From: a virus
Taxonomy: Duplodnaviria > Caudoviricetes
Length of the DNA stretch: 48,815 nucleotides
Reading direction: 5' to 3' (one strand)
Virus record (IMG/VR): IMGVR_UViG_3300034171_000048
Span: 1 to 48,815 of that record
Every line of letters begins with the position of its first letter. The stretch's first letter is position 1. The notes beneath the pieces are model-generated. The model saw only the letters and a program-made list of their open reading frames with translations, had not been told where the DNA came from and searched no databases. The position numbers and the translations under genes are program-made. Positions 34,872 through 45,569 of this stretch are shown here, piece by piece.

Positions 34872-35897
34872 ATGGCAGGAACAAATTTAAGTTTTCCCTT
34901 TGATGCAGAACTATTCAACTATTCATGGAGAAATGTACCAGATTTAGTATTAACATCAATGATAGAATCTGGAGCAGTAGTAAACGATAGCGAAATCGCT
35001 GGAATGATATCTAATGGTTCTAACTTTTACACAGTACCTTTTTATAATGTACTAACTGGAACAGAAGATGTATATAATGGTGTAGATTCATTTACTGGTG
35101 GTTCAATTACTGGTGGAACATATAGTGGTGTTGTATATGGTAGAATGGCTAAATGGAGTGCAATATCTTTCATTAAAGACTTCAACTCTGGTGCAGACCC
35201 AATGGCTCAAATCGTTAGTGGAGTAGCAAACTTCTATATCAAAGCTAGACAAACTAGACTTTTAGGAATACTAGCAGGAGTATTTGGTATCACTGGTAAT
35301 GCAGAATGGACTAAGCATATTACAGATATATCAACTGCACTTAGTACTACAGACCCATTAATAAATAAAGTTGGAGCAACTACAATTGCAGATGCTTGTG
35401 TTAAGGCTTGTGGGGATAATTCTCAAGATTTCTCTCTAGTAATTATGCACTCAATCGTTGCAAGTAGATTCGCTAATCTTCAATTGCTAGAATTTAGTAA
35501 GTATACAGATGCTAGTGGAATAACTAGAGATTTACCAATTGGTACAATCAATGGTAAGACGGTAATCGTTAATGACGGAGTTCCAGTAACTGCAAATGCT
35601 ACTGATACAGACGAGTTCGATTATGTAACTTATATCCTTGGTATGGGTGCAATTCATTATGCAACTGCCCCAGTAGATGTACCATCTGAAATGGATAGAG
35701 ACCCAAATGCAACTGGTGGTGTTGATTTAATATACACTAGAGTAAGGGAAACACTTGCACCTTATGGATTCTCATTCACTGGGGACGTAACTACAGATGT
35801 TGGTATGCCAGATGCAAACTTATTCCTAGCAACAAACTATGCAATAAAAATGCCAGAGAAATCAATAATGATGGCTAAAATAATCTCTAATGGTTAA
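34872..35897 (+). CDS. Major capsid protein
   Basis: 341 aa after scaffold; VIMHSIVA, IGTINGKTVIVNDGVP, TYILGMGAI. Confidence 0.85.
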   Translation: MAGTNLSFPFDAELFNYSWRNVPDLVLTSMIESGAVVNDSEIAGMISNGSNFYTVPFYNVLTGTEDVYNGVDSFTGGSITGGTYSGVVYGRMAKWSAISFIKDFNSGADPMAQIVSGVANFYIKARQTRLLGILAGVFGITGNAEWTKHITDISTALSTTDPLINKVGATTIADACVKACGDNSQDFSLVIMHSIVASRFANLQLLEFSKYTDASGITRDLPIGTINGKTVIVNDGVPVTANATDTDEFDYVTYILGMGAIHYATAPVDVPSEMDRDPNATGGVDLIYTRVRETLAPYGFSFTGDVTTDVGMPDANLFLATNYAIKMPEKSIMMAKIISNG

Positions 35898-35919
35898 TTG
35901 AAAAAAAGGAGTGTTTTGA

Positions 35920-36261
35920 ATGTACGTTTATCAGAATGGTAAATTGTATCGTCAAGACGGTGAAAAACTAGTCGGGGTTAACATATACCCCGATAAAGTT
36001 TTACTTATTGAAGGTACTGAGACAACAATCGCAGAGGAATATAAAATGTATTCACACTATGAAGTAAGATGTAAATTTCAAACAGATGCAGTTCCATATA
36101 TATTCCCTAGAGAACCAAAAGAAGAATTAAAAGTAGAACCTAAGAAAGTAGCACCAAAGAAAGCAGCTAAGCAAGAAGTGAAAGTGGAGGTAGATAATAA
36201 TGAGCCAACTAAGTCAGTTAGAAAAACTAAAACTACTCCTAGGAAATCCACTAGAAAGTGA
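35920..36261 (+). CDS. Hypothetical head-module protein, basic C-terminus
   Basis: Position; ORF track. Confidence 0.6.
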   Translation: MYVYQNGKLYRQDGEKLVGVNIYPDKVLLIEGTETTIAEEYKMYSHYEVRCKFQTDAVPYIFPREPKEELKVEPKKVAPKKAAKQEVKVEVDNNEPTKSVRKTKTTPRKSTRK

Positions 36262-36523
36262 TTCTCTACTAACTCTTTATTTGGATAACGCAAGTGATAT
36301 AATTTGTGATTTAAGAAATTCAAATCTTGTAGAAGTTGTATATCTGAATTTACAAGTTAAAATGGCAGTAGAAATGTACAATAAAATAGGAGCAGAAGGT
36401 CAGTTATCTCATAGTGAAAATGGAATAGCTAGAACATATCAAACTGCTGATATTTCAAATAGTCTATTATGTCAAGTCATGCCAATGGCTAAGACACCTT
36501 TCTCTAATATAAGGGTGGTGTAG
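36200..36523 (+). CDS. Head-tail connector (SPP1 gp15-like)
   Basis: LEKLKLLL...YNKIGAEGQLSHSENGIARTY. Confidence 0.82.
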   Translation: MSQLSQLEKLKLLLGNPLESDSLLTLYLDNASDIICDLRNSNLVEVVYLNLQVKMAVEMYNKIGAEGQLSHSENGIARTYQTADISNSLLCQVMPMAKTPFSNIRVV

Positions 36524-36525
36524 TT

Positions 36526-36879
36526 ATGAGAACTCTAGCTAGAAACAAAGTTAAACTATGGCTAGTTACTCCATTGACTTCATCACCTTTATTTGATATT
36601 GATGGATATGATACTGGAGAATTTACACTTAATTATGCTATTCCAACAATTGTTTATATTAGTTTATTCCCATCCAATAGTGCTGTAACCGAACGAATAT
36701 TTGGTAAAGACTCGCAATTGGATATGATATCTGTCAGTAATGAAGTTGCGTTAACCGAGGATGATTTGCTGTTCTTAACTGAACCACTTGATAATTTTGG
36801 AACAACCTATGACTATAGATTGACAAGTATACAAAAGAGTATCAACACTTATAATTATGGATTTAGGAGAAGAACGTAA
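36526..36879 (+). CDS. Head closure protein
   Basis: MRTLARNK...DGYDTGE; synteny. Confidence 0.65.
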   Translation: MRTLARNKVKLWLVTPLTSSPLFDIDGYDTGEFTLNYAIPTIVYISLFPSNSAVTERIFGKDSQLDMISVSNEVALTEDDLLFLTEPLDNFGTTYDYRLTSIQKSINTYNYGFRRRT

Positions 36880-37457
36880 TGGGAAATCCAGTAACTAGGG
36901 GATATCAAAGTTCCTCAGATTTACACTTTACAGTTGATATGAATAATTTATCCAGAAGTATTACACAATGGAGACATTTAGAAATTGCATATGATAAAGG
37001 TGTTCGTAAAGGAATAGAAGAAGTAGCTGATAGACTTAAAGATAAGATAATTTTTAATCTTGGTAAATATGGATTGGCCAATAGTGAAATAGCACATAGT
37101 ATATCAGTGGTTGATAATGGAAAAGGAATATCAGTAATAATTGGTAGTGACTATGCAATCTATGTAGAATATGGAACTGGTGTAGTCGGTAAAACGGGTA
37201 AACAACATCCTAAATTAAAATTGGGATGGGTATATGATGAAGGTGATAACGGTGAGCGAGGGTGGTTTTATCCAACAACACAATCAGACCCAAACCCTAA
37301 TAAGCATACCTACAAAGGTCAATTATATGGGTGGACAAAAGGTGAAGAATCAAGACCATTTCTATACGATTCTTGGAGATGGGCAAGAGCAAGTTTCACA
37401 CAAATTATATCAAAAAATGTAAAAGCAGAGGTAAAAAAAGTTAGAGGGGTGAGATAA
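36879..37457 (+). CDS. Neck/tail completion protein (HK97 gp10-like)
   Basis: YAIYVEYGTG, TKGEESRPFL. Confidence 0.78.
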   Translation: MGNPVTRGYQSSSDLHFTVDMNNLSRSITQWRHLEIAYDKGVRKGIEEVADRLKDKIIFNLGKYGLANSEIAHSISVVDNGKGISVIIGSDYAIYVEYGTGVVGKTGKQHPKLKLGWVYDEGDNGERGWFYPTTQSDPNPNKHTYKGQLYGWTKGEESRPFLYDSWRWARASFTQIISKNVKAEVKKVRGVR

Positions 37458-37850
37458 ATGGTAATAGATATTATCAATGAGATTTATACAAATTTAAAGA
37501 CAACACTTACTGATGTTACAGTATTACAGAATTATCCATCCACCACTCCAATCTTCCCATGCTTAGTGATAGAGGAAATAAGTAACACAAGTAATTTGAA
37601 TACAATTAACACTTTAGGGGAACAATATAACGATATAACGTTTGAGATAAATATATTCTCAGATAAGACAAATAAATTATCAGAAGTAAAGAAGATTCGG
37701 GGAGAGGTAGATGCCATAATGAGTGGGCAGTATAGAATGAGCAGAAGTTCATCAAATTCAATTCCAAACTATCTTGATACGGATGTATATAGATATAATC
37801 TTAGATATGATTGTACTATAGGGGAAACAAAACAATTATTTAGGAGGTAA
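37458..37850 (+). CDS. Tail terminator
   Basis: FPCLVIEEISN, FEINIFS; precedes tail tube. Confidence 0.75.
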   Translation: MVIDIINEIYTNLKTTLTDVTVLQNYPSTTPIFPCLVIEEISNTSNLNTINTLGEQYNDITFEINIFSDKTNKLSEVKKIRGEVDAIMSGQYRMSRSSSNSIPNYLDTDVYRYNLRYDCTIGETKQLFRR

Positions 37851-37855
37851 GTAAT

Positions 37856-38596
37856 ATGGCAATGTCAACTGCAACAACAACTTTGAAATATGCTACTTCT
37901 TCTGCTCTACAGATAGAAACTGCTACTGTTGTGGGTACGATTACCCAGGCAGGAAACGCTACAGTAATAGTCACTGGCAGAGATATAAGTGGTAGTCCAA
38001 TAACTAATCAAGTGGCAGTAGCTTTGGATGATACTGCTTCACAAGTAGCAGAAAAGATACGAGTAGAATTATCATTACTTCCAGATATAACAAATGTTTA
38101 TACTGTTGGTGGAACAACTAGTGATGTTATTTTAACTAAGTTAGTTGCAACCAATGATGATACTACTTTGAATATATCTGTAGATAATGGAACTTGTACT
38201 GGAATAACAACTGCTTTAACATCTGTCGATACGTTAGCAGGGGGGACTTATTTAAGTCTAGTAGCAATCAATAGTTATCCAGATATGGGCTCAACTCCAT
38301 CTAAATTAGATACTACTGATATGGCACAATCGACTTACAAAACTAGTATTCTTGGATTACAAGAAGTGCCAGACTTGACATTTGAATGTAATTATGATGA
38401 AACAATTTTTAACACTATAAATAGCCTTAATGCCAGTAATTATTTCTTTCAGTTAGTATTTGGAATAGCAGATGGCAAATTCGATTGGCAAGGTCAAGTT
38501 AAAATATACGCAATGGGTGGGGGAGTAGACGAAGTTAGGAAGATGACAGTTACACTCTCTGCATCTACACCATTAGTATTTGGAGTAGTAGCTTAG
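37856..38596 (+). CDS. Major tail (tube) protein, copy 1, with 112-aa insertion
   Basis: SYPDMGSTPSKLDTTD...ILGLQEVPDLTFECNYD...GGGVDEVRKMTVTLSASTP. Confidence 0.85.
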   Translation: MAMSTATTTLKYATSSALQIETATVVGTITQAGNATVIVTGRDISGSPITNQVAVALDDTASQVAEKIRVELSLLPDITNVYTVGGTTSDVILTKLVATNDDTTLNISVDNGTCTGITTALTSVDTLAGGTYLSLVAINSYPDMGSTPSKLDTTDMAQSTYKTSILGLQEVPDLTFECNYDETIFNTINSLNASNYFFQLVFGIADGKFDWQGQVKIYAMGGGVDEVRKMTVTLSASTPLVFGVVA

Positions 38597-38615
38597 TAAA
38601 AAAGGAGGAATTAGA

Positions 38616-39008
38616 ATGGCAATATCAACTGCAACAACGAGTTTAGATTATGGAACAGACGGAGTAGCTTATGATAAACTAATAGACATAATTTCATATC
38701 CAGACATGGGTTCTACACCATCTAAATTAGATACAACTGATTTGGGAGCATCTGTATACAAGACAAGTATTCTTGGATTACAAGATGTACCAGACCTAAC
38801 ATTTGAAGCTAATTATGATGAGGGAGTATTCAATACAGTAAACAATTTAAATGCACCATCTTATTATTTCAGATTAACATTTGGAACTGCTGATGGAGTA
38901 TTCAAGTTTCAAGGTCAAGTAAAAATCTATGCTATGGGTGGGGGAGTAGATGAAGTCCGTAAAATGACAATTACACTATCTGCTTCAACCCCAATAGTAT
39001 TCAGTTAA
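38616..39008 (+). CDS. Major tail (tube) protein, copy 2
   Basis: Same motifs as copy 1, no insertion. Confidence 0.85.
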   Translation: MAISTATTSLDYGTDGVAYDKLIDIISYPDMGSTPSKLDTTDLGASVYKTSILGLQDVPDLTFEANYDEGVFNTVNNLNAPSYYFRLTFGTADGVFKFQGQVKIYAMGGGVDEVRKMTITLSASTPIVFS

Positions 39009-39023
39009 GAGGAGGAATAAATT

Positions 39024-39443
39024 ATGGCAATGTCAACTGCAACAACTTCACTATTAACTAGTGCAACGCAAGGTGGAACATATGCAAGTCTAGTTGATAT
39101 AATCAGCTATCCAGATATGGGTTCAACTCCAAGTAAGCTAGACACAACTGATTTATCAGCATCCGTATTTAAGACTTCCATTCTTGGATTACAAGACGTT
39201 CCAGATTTAACTTTCGAGTGTAATTATGATGAAGCAACTTATAATACAATAAATACTATTACTGGAACACAATGGTTTCATTTAGCTTTCGGAGAAGTTA
39301 CTCTTGGAGCAGGAGAATTTGGAACATTTGAATGGTCTGGACAAGTTCAGATTTATGCAATGGGTGGAGGTGTTGATGAGGTTAGAAAAATGACAGTAAC
39401 TTTATCAGCTTCAACTCCATTAACTTTCATTCCAGTAGCATAA
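39024..39443 (+). CDS. Major tail (tube) protein, copy 3
   Basis: Same motifs, short loop insertion. Confidence 0.85.
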   Translation: MAMSTATTSLLTSATQGGTYASLVDIISYPDMGSTPSKLDTTDLSASVFKTSILGLQDVPDLTFECNYDEATYNTINTITGTQWFHLAFGEVTLGAGEFGTFEWSGQVQIYAMGGGVDEVRKMTVTLSASTPLTFIPVA

Positions 39444-39527
39444 TTTAAAGCAATATAGGTTATAATAATGTTGGGTGAGGTAGATGAAAATATCTCACCA
39501 CAATTAAATTCGTAGGAGGAGTAGGAA

Positions 39528-39848
39528 ATGATAATTACAATTAAAGGAAAAGAATGTGAATTAGGGTTTACTTTTAACTCATTCAAGTATATGGAAAATT
39601 TTGATGTAAAAGCAATGGATGATATTGAAAACAAACCATTTATGGTTATAGGTGTATTAGAAACACTTTTAATGGGTGCAGTTAATACTTCACCAAAAGT
39701 TAAATATTCTATGAATGATGTTTCAGCTTTTATTGAAGAATATATTGAAGAAGAATCAATCACAGAATTACTATCAGACTTAATGGAATTACTTCAAGAG
39801 TCAAGTTTTTTCAAGTCACTTCAAAAGACAACAAAGAAAAAGAAATAA
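39528..39848 (+). CDS. Tail assembly chaperone (G)
   Basis: ITIKGKECELGF; ends SSFFK with T TTT TTC slippery site 39806-39812. Confidence 0.8.
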   Translation: MIITIKGKECELGFTFNSFKYMENFDVKAMDDIENKPFMVIGVLETLLMGAVNTSPKVKYSMNDVSAFIEEYIEEESITELLSDLMELLQESSFFKSLQKTTKKKK

Positions 39849-40234
39849 CTGTTGCCGAACCTTTTGAAGATAAAGAATCAGATGATGTAAAACTTTCATT
39901 TATAGAACACATAACAAGTGAATTATTACCAAGTGCCTTAATGATGGGTGTTGATTATGAGTTATTTTGGACATTGAATCCGAAATCATTATCACCTTTC
40001 ACTAAGGCTTTTTCTTTAAAACAGAAATATGATGATTCTATGGCATGGCAAAGTGGAGTTTATATCAGAATGGCAATAGTTAGTTCACTTAATAAAGAAG
40101 CTAAGTACCCTAAAAGACCAATGATGGCAGATAAGGTCAAAGAAAAAGGGATGAGTTCTGAGGAAATTAAAAACAGAGTTATGGCACAATCACAGAAAAT
40201 AAATGCCAAGTTTGAGAAAAAAGGAGGAAACTAA
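39806..40234 (+). CDS. Tail assembly chaperone frameshift extension (T part of GT)
   Basis: -1 frame open from slippery site through MGVDYELFWTLNP to 40234. Confidence 0.75.
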   Translation, partial: FFQVTSKDNKEKEITVAEPFEDKESDDVKLSFIEHITSELLPSALMMGVDYELFWTLNPKSLSPFTKAFSLKQKYDDSMAWQSGVYIRMAIVSSLNKEAKYPKRPMMADKVKEKGMSSEEIKNRVMAQSQKINAKFEKKGGN

Positions 40235-43200
40235 ATGAGTGAGAATATGTTTGTAAATATCCAAGGTAATGCCGATAGCCTACGACACTCTTTGCGTGGA
40301 GTCGGAAATAGTTTAGGTAACTTGGATAGAACTACTGCTAGAACAATGGGTAGTATGACAAATTCATTTCAAGGTTTGAATAGAATAATTGGAATAGGAA
40401 TGATGTATAAATTTGCTAGAGGAATGGCTAGTGCAGTTAAATCTGCATTGGACATGATTGAAGTTAACAATTTATTTGTGGTTTCATTAGGTAACCTGAC
40501 AGAAGAAGCTATGAAAACTGTTGATTCACTACAACAAGTTTATGGACTAGACCCAACCAATCTAAAAAGTGCTATAGGTGGATTTGCATTACTTTCTAGG
40601 TCTATGGGAATGACTACCAAACAAGCAGAAGTTCTATCAACAAATACAACAAGACTTGCTTTGGACTTATCATCTTTAACAAATGTTCCAATCCAACAAG
40701 TTATGCAAGATTTAAGGTCTGGATTAGTTGGACAATCTGAAACAGTTTACAAGTATGGTATTGATGTAACAGAAGCTGGACTTAAAACCGAAGCTATGAA
40801 TCAAGGTATAACTGAATCTGTAAGAAACATGAGCCAAGGTGAAAAGATGGCTTTACGTTATGCTACAATGCTTAGACAAACTACGTTGGCACAAGGAGAT
40901 TTCGCTAGAACGATTAATGCTCCTGCCAATCAATTAAGGATATTATCAGAAAGATTTGTAACTCTTAGTAGGGCAATAGGAACAATCTTCATGCCTATGT
41001 TAAAAGTTGTATTACCTTGGTTAAATGCATTAGTTATGGTACTTACTGATGTTGCTAATAAAATTGCTAGTCTATTTGGATATGAAGCACCTACAAATGC
41101 TACTGGATTAAATCAAGTTGGAGAGGATGCAAAAAATTCATCAGATGCATTAGATGGTACTACCAAAGCAGTAGATGGGACAACTAAGGCATTGAAGAAA
41201 ATGAAAAGTGCCACTCTTGGTTTTGATGAACTTAATATACTACCTAAACCAACAAGTCCCAGTGCAGGAAAAAATGCAGGTGCAGGAGCAGGATTGGATG
41301 GAGGTGCTGGAGGAATTTTAAGTGGTATGGAATTACCAACTCTTGGAGAATTACTAGGTGATGTTCCACAAATATCAGATGAACTTAAAAAGAAATTACT
41401 TCCAGTATTAGATGGTATATTAGATTTGGTAACATTGATTGGTGTGGGATTTTTAGCATGGAAATTAGCACCATCTATAGCAAATATGTTTTTTGGTGCA
41501 AAGGCTCTTGGATTAGCAAGTATATTGGGAAAGGTAAAGGACCTACTGTTTACTGGTGGAAAACTTACAACTGTTAGATTTTTTAGTAGGGTTGCATACC
41601 TTCCAATGGCATCCATATTAACTGCTATATCGGGAACACTTATTGTTATGATAGGACGTTTTGTTGACTTGCTTAAGAATAGTGAAAATTTTAGGAACGG
41701 TCTTAAAGTTATAAATGATTGGCTTGCTGATGCTACAATTGAGGCATTAAAATTTGTAGGTGCGTTTGAATTTCCACCATTGTTCCAAAAAACACTGGGT
41801 AAAATTGGAATAGATTTTGAAGATTTGGCATTAACAATTCTAGGGATAGCATTACTGTTTACACCATTTGGTGCATTTGGAGTAGCTATTCTAGCATTTG
41901 AAGCGTTCACATTACTAGTAAGAGGAGTTGGGAAACTTTTTTCTCCTGCTATTGAATCCGTGGATGTTCTTGGGGAAGGTATATCAGATGTAACTAACAA
42001 GAAGATGAAACCATTTATGAAAGCAGTTGATGATGTAAGAAGCTCATTTACTGAATTGGGTTTTACTGGAGAAATAATTGATGATGAAACTCTTAAAGAA
42101 TTAAAAAAAGATGTTAAAACTGTAACACAAATAATAGTTGATGAACTTGATGCAGATAAAAATGAAGCATTAAAAAACTTAGAACCGTTAAGAGATGTAA
42201 TGTCAAAAGAAGATTTCGACCAAATGAGACGAGATGCTGAAAATTATTATGAGGGAGCAAAAACAACAGTTGCAGATAATGAGGCTGAAATATTAAGAAT
42301 AATAACAACTGCAAATGAAGCTGGTGTAGAAGTATCAGATGAAAACCTTAAGAAAATAGCAAAATTAAATGAAGAATCAAATGCAATAGGAGTTACCAAT
42401 CTTGTTGATAACAATGCAGAACGTATGACAATAATGAGACGAATGGGTGCTAATACAGCTGCATTAACTGTTGAAGAGGCTAGTAAGGTATTGATTGAAC
42501 AAAAGAAAGCAAAAGAAAAGGTTATTGAAAATGCTGAAAATCAATATTCAAGACAATTACTGTTGGCAACTGCTTGGTATGGTGAAAATGGTGTTAATAA
42601 CAAAGAAGCCTATGATGCAATGGTACTGGCTGCTGATGAAAATAAAGAAGCTATAGTTGAAAGTGCTGAAAAAGGTTATGAAAAAATAAATAAAAAAACA
42701 AGAGAGAAGTTAGGAGAAAATGCAAAATTTATTGATGAAAACAATAATGAAGTTCTTGGTATTTGGGACAAATTTTGGATAAAATTAGATGGTGGGCGTA
42801 GTGCTGCACAAGAGGAGCAGGCTAGAAAGAATAAAGAGGCCAATGCTAAAATGTTAACAGGTTTTAAGGAATATTTTAAGAATGTCGGTATTGAACTTGA
42901 AAAGTGGAGGGTTAATAGTAATAAAGAGTTACAGAAATGGGAAGATAAAACGTCCCTTAAGCTTGCAGAAGGATGGGCAAGATTCATGAAAGGCTGGAGT
43001 GGCTTTTGGACAGAATTAGGTAAGGGTCATGCCGAATCACAAGAAGAACAGATAGAAAAGAATAACAAAGCAAACGCTAAAATGTTAGAAGATTTCAAGG
43101 GATATTTTAGTGATAGACTTACTGCGTTTGAAGAATGGAGAGTACAAAGCAATAAAGATTTGGATAAATGGTCAGAGGAACAATCTATTAAAATTGGTCA

Positions 43201-43972
43201 ATGGAAAACTAGAATGTTATTAAAAGCAGAAGAAGGTTGGGTAGACTTTGCAAGGGGATGGAACTCAACACTTGCGACTATGGGTGGATGGTACAATGAT
43301 ATGTATCAAATTGGTGTAGATTTATTAGATGGATTATTTGAAGGTCTTAAACCATCTAACTGGAAAATATACAATTGGGGAGTAAGATTTATAAATGAAT
43401 TTATTGCTAACTTACCTCATTGGATGGATAGAATGAAATTAGTAGGTAAAGATTTGCTAAGTGGATTATTTGGAGGTCTTAAACCATCTAACTGGAAAAT
43501 ATGGGATTGGGGAAGTAGTCTTATAAATAGACTAAAAACTAGACTTGGTATTCATTCTCCTTCAACAGTTATGCGTGACGAAATAGGTAAATTCATGGGA
43601 TTGGGTTTAGCCATTGGACTTGGAAATACCACAAAAGATATTGTTGGAACTGCTGGACGCATAGTTGATGGTATAAAGGGTCAGTTTGCAAATGTTAACT
43701 TAACTCCAACTAGTGACTTCTCTGCTACTGATATGGCATTAAAAGATATTGATAATAAGGTATCAACTACTGCAACAATGAACGTAGATAACACAGACTT
43801 TTCAAAATCAGTTTATGATTCTGTTTATAGTGCAATAGACAATGCAATGAAATCCCCAGACAACTCGCAAGAAGTAGTATTAAATGTTGGTGGAAGTGAA
43901 TTTGGTAGAGTTGCAATAAACACAATCAATAAGATTACGAAAAGTGAAGGAAGATTGGCATTAAATATTTAG
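40235..43972 (+). CDS. Tape measure protein
   Basis: 1245 aa helical; QGDFART..PANQLRIL; LGIHSPS. Confidence 0.92.
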   Translation: MSENMFVNIQGNADSLRHSLRGVGNSLGNLDRTTARTMGSMTNSFQGLNRIIGIGMMYKFARGMASAVKSALDMIEVNNLFVVSLGNLTEEAMKTVDSLQQVYGLDPTNLKSAIGGFALLSRSMGMTTKQAEVLSTNTTRLALDLSSLTNVPIQQVMQDLRSGLVGQSETVYKYGIDVTEAGLKTEAMNQGITESVRNMSQGEKMALRYATMLRQTTLAQGDFARTINAPANQLRILSERFVTLSRAIGTIFMPMLKVVLPWLNALVMVLTDVANKIASLFGYEAPTNATGLNQVGEDAKNSSDALDGTTKAVDGTTKALKKMKSATLGFDELNILPKPTSPSAGKNAGAGAGLDGGAGGILSGMELPTLGELLGDVPQISDELKKKLLPVLDGILDLVTLIGVGFLAWKLAPSIANMFFGAKALGLASILGKVKDLLFTGGKLTTVRFFSRVAYLPMASILTAISGTLIVMIGRFVDLLKNSENFRNGLKVINDWLADATIEALKFVGAFEFPPLFQKTLGKIGIDFEDLALTILGIALLFTPFGAFGVAILAFEAFTLLVRGVGKLFSPAIESVDVLGEGISDVTNKKMKPFMKAVDDVRSSFTELGFTGEIIDDETLKELKKDVKTVTQIIVDELDADKNEALKNLEPLRDVMSKEDFDQMRRDAENYYEGAKTTVADNEAEILRIITTANEAGVEVSDENLKKIAKLNEESNAIGVTNLVDNNAERMTIMRRMGANTAALTVEEASKVLIEQKKAKEKVIENAENQYSRQLLLATAWYGENGVNNKEAYDAMVLAADENKEAIVESAEKGYEKINKKTREKLGENAKFIDENNNEVLGIWDKFWIKLDGGRSAAQEEQARKNKEANAKMLTGFKEYFKNVGIELEKWRVNSNKELQKWEDKTSLKLAEGWARFMKGWSGFWTELGKGHAESQEEQIEKNNKANAKMLEDFKGYFSDRLTAFEEWRVQSNKDLDKWSEEQSIKIGQWKTRMLLKAEEGWVDFARGWNSTLATMGGWYNDMYQIGVDLLDGLFEGLKPSNWKIYNWGVRFINEFIANLPHWMDRMKLVGKDLLSGLFGGLKPSNWKIWDWGSSLINRLKTRLGIHSPSTVMRDEIGKFMGLGLAIGLGNTTKDIVGTAGRIVDGIKGQFANVNLTPTSDFSATDMALKDIDNKVSTTATMNVDNTDFSKSVYDSVYSAIDNAMKSPDNSQEVVLNVGGSEFGRVAINTINKITKSEGRLALNI

Positions 43973-44045
43973 AACACAAATTGGTAATTATAAGATAGAG
44001 GTATGTTGATTCATTCCTCTATTTAAAATATTGGAGGAGATTTTA

Positions 44046-45569
44046 ATGGGTAGAATAAATTTAACAACTGCTGAAATAAATGCAAGATTAATACAAACTG
44101 AAACTAATACAGATGAATTAATAGACCATACGTCGCAGTTGGTAGATATGGCGAAAATAAACATTAATTTTATCACAAAAGGTGGAAAGGTTAATGATAA
44201 CACTTATGATTCAACGATATTATTACAAAGTTTAACTGATGAATTATTTACTCTAGGTGGTGGAACTATTCAATTCCCTAGTGGTAAATTTTATTTTAAA
44301 GGCACTTATATTGCAAAAACAGGTGTAGTAATAAGTGGTGCCTTAGAAGGTCAATCATGGAGTGGTAACGCCGGAGTAGGAACTACTACAGGCACAACCT
44401 TTTATCATATACCAACCGTAGTAGATACTGATTTCATTACTTTAGACCAAGTAAATTTATTAGTTGGTTACGTTGGCAATATAAACATTAAAAATATATA
44501 TATTATTGGTTCAACTAATTCTAAAATAGGTTTGTATGTAAAAAATGCAGTTAATTCTACGTTTAAAAATATGATTATAATTGATTTCAAAGATAATATA
44601 CAAATTGATGGTGTAATGAATATTAAATTTTCAAACGTTACGTCACAAAGGGCAACAATACATTGTTTATATGTAACAGGTGAGTTAAGCACTACTGTAA
44701 CATATGACAATTGTTATTTTGGACAGACAAAAGCATATATAAATTCAATTCCTGTAGAAGTGGGGTTATACAAAATAATAGGTTTAAGTTTTAATAATTG
44801 TATATTTGAATCTACTGAAAAAGGACTAAAAATAGATAGTGATAATACAGTTTCTTTTAATAATATTTACGTTGAAAACATTCCAAATAGTTCGGCTTCC
44901 CCTACCTTTGATGTAGGTATGAGTGTACCAAGTTCAGTCTCTAAGGGTGGTATTAATTTTAATGGTGGAATAATACAAGGAACAATCTCAACAATTATAG
45001 ATGGTATGTCTATATTTAATGTAAATTATAGCGATACTGTTAATTTAAGTGGGGTAACTTTAAAAAGGTCAAGAAATGTAATATTTTCAACAGCAAATTC
45101 AAAAGGGATAGTATTTGTTGGTTGCAATGAAACCTCTATAACTAATAATATTGAAGTATGCGACACTTTAAAAAAAATAGCTAGAATAAATCATGTTTGT
45201 GGTTCAACCACTTTACTAAATTCAACTTTTTTACCCATGGTTAATTGGATAACACCTACATTGTTAAATGGGTGGACAACGTATAGCGGAGGTAATAAAT
45301 ACAGAAAAAATAGTCTTAATCAGATTGAATTAGTCTTTAGTGCGACAAGTGGAACAATAGCGGTTGGAACTATTATAGCAACTTTACCTATTGGTTACAG
45401 ACCTTTATCCGATACCGTATTTCCTTTATTCGACCTTACTGCATTCAGAACAAACGGATATACAATTTCAATAAATACAAATGGTGACATACAAATATTA
45501 AACTCTGTTATATCACTTGTTACGAGTACGGTTTATACTGGCAGTATTATATTTATTGCATCGTCATAG
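44046..45569 (+). CDS. Tailspike / beta-helix (pectate-lyase-like) receptor-binding protein
   Basis: GGGTIQFPSGKF, Asn/Ile-rich beta-helix repeats, C-terminal TLLNGW...TLPIGYRP. Confidence 0.75.
   Translation: MGRINLTTAEINARLIQTETNTDELIDHTSQLVDMAKININFITKGGKVNDNTYDSTILLQSLTDELFTLGGGTIQFPSGKFYFKGTYIAKTGVVISGALEGQSWSGNAGVGTTTGTTFYHIPTVVDTDFITLDQVNLLVGYVGNINIKNIYIIGSTNSKIGLYVKNAVNSTFKNMIIIDFKDNIQIDGVMNIKFSNVTSQRATIHCLYVTGELSTTVTYDNCYFGQTKAYINSIPVEVGLYKIIGLSFNNCIFESTEKGLKIDSDNTVSFNNIYVENIPNSSASPTFDVGMSVPSSVSKGGINFNGGIIQGTISTIIDGMSIFNVNYSDTVNLSGVTLKRSRNVIFSTANSKGIVFVGCNETSITNNIEVCDTLKKIARINHVCGSTTLLNSTFLPMVNWITPTLLNGWTTYSGGNKYRKNSLNQIELVFSATSGTIAVGTIIATLPIGYRPLSDTVFPLFDLTAFRTNGYTISINTNGDIQILNSVISLVTSTVYTGSIIFIASS

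Noticed and set aside
41113-42000. 295-aa minus-strand ORF and other antisense ORFs in the track
   Set aside because: Shadows of + strand genes with no SD, promoter or recognisable motifs
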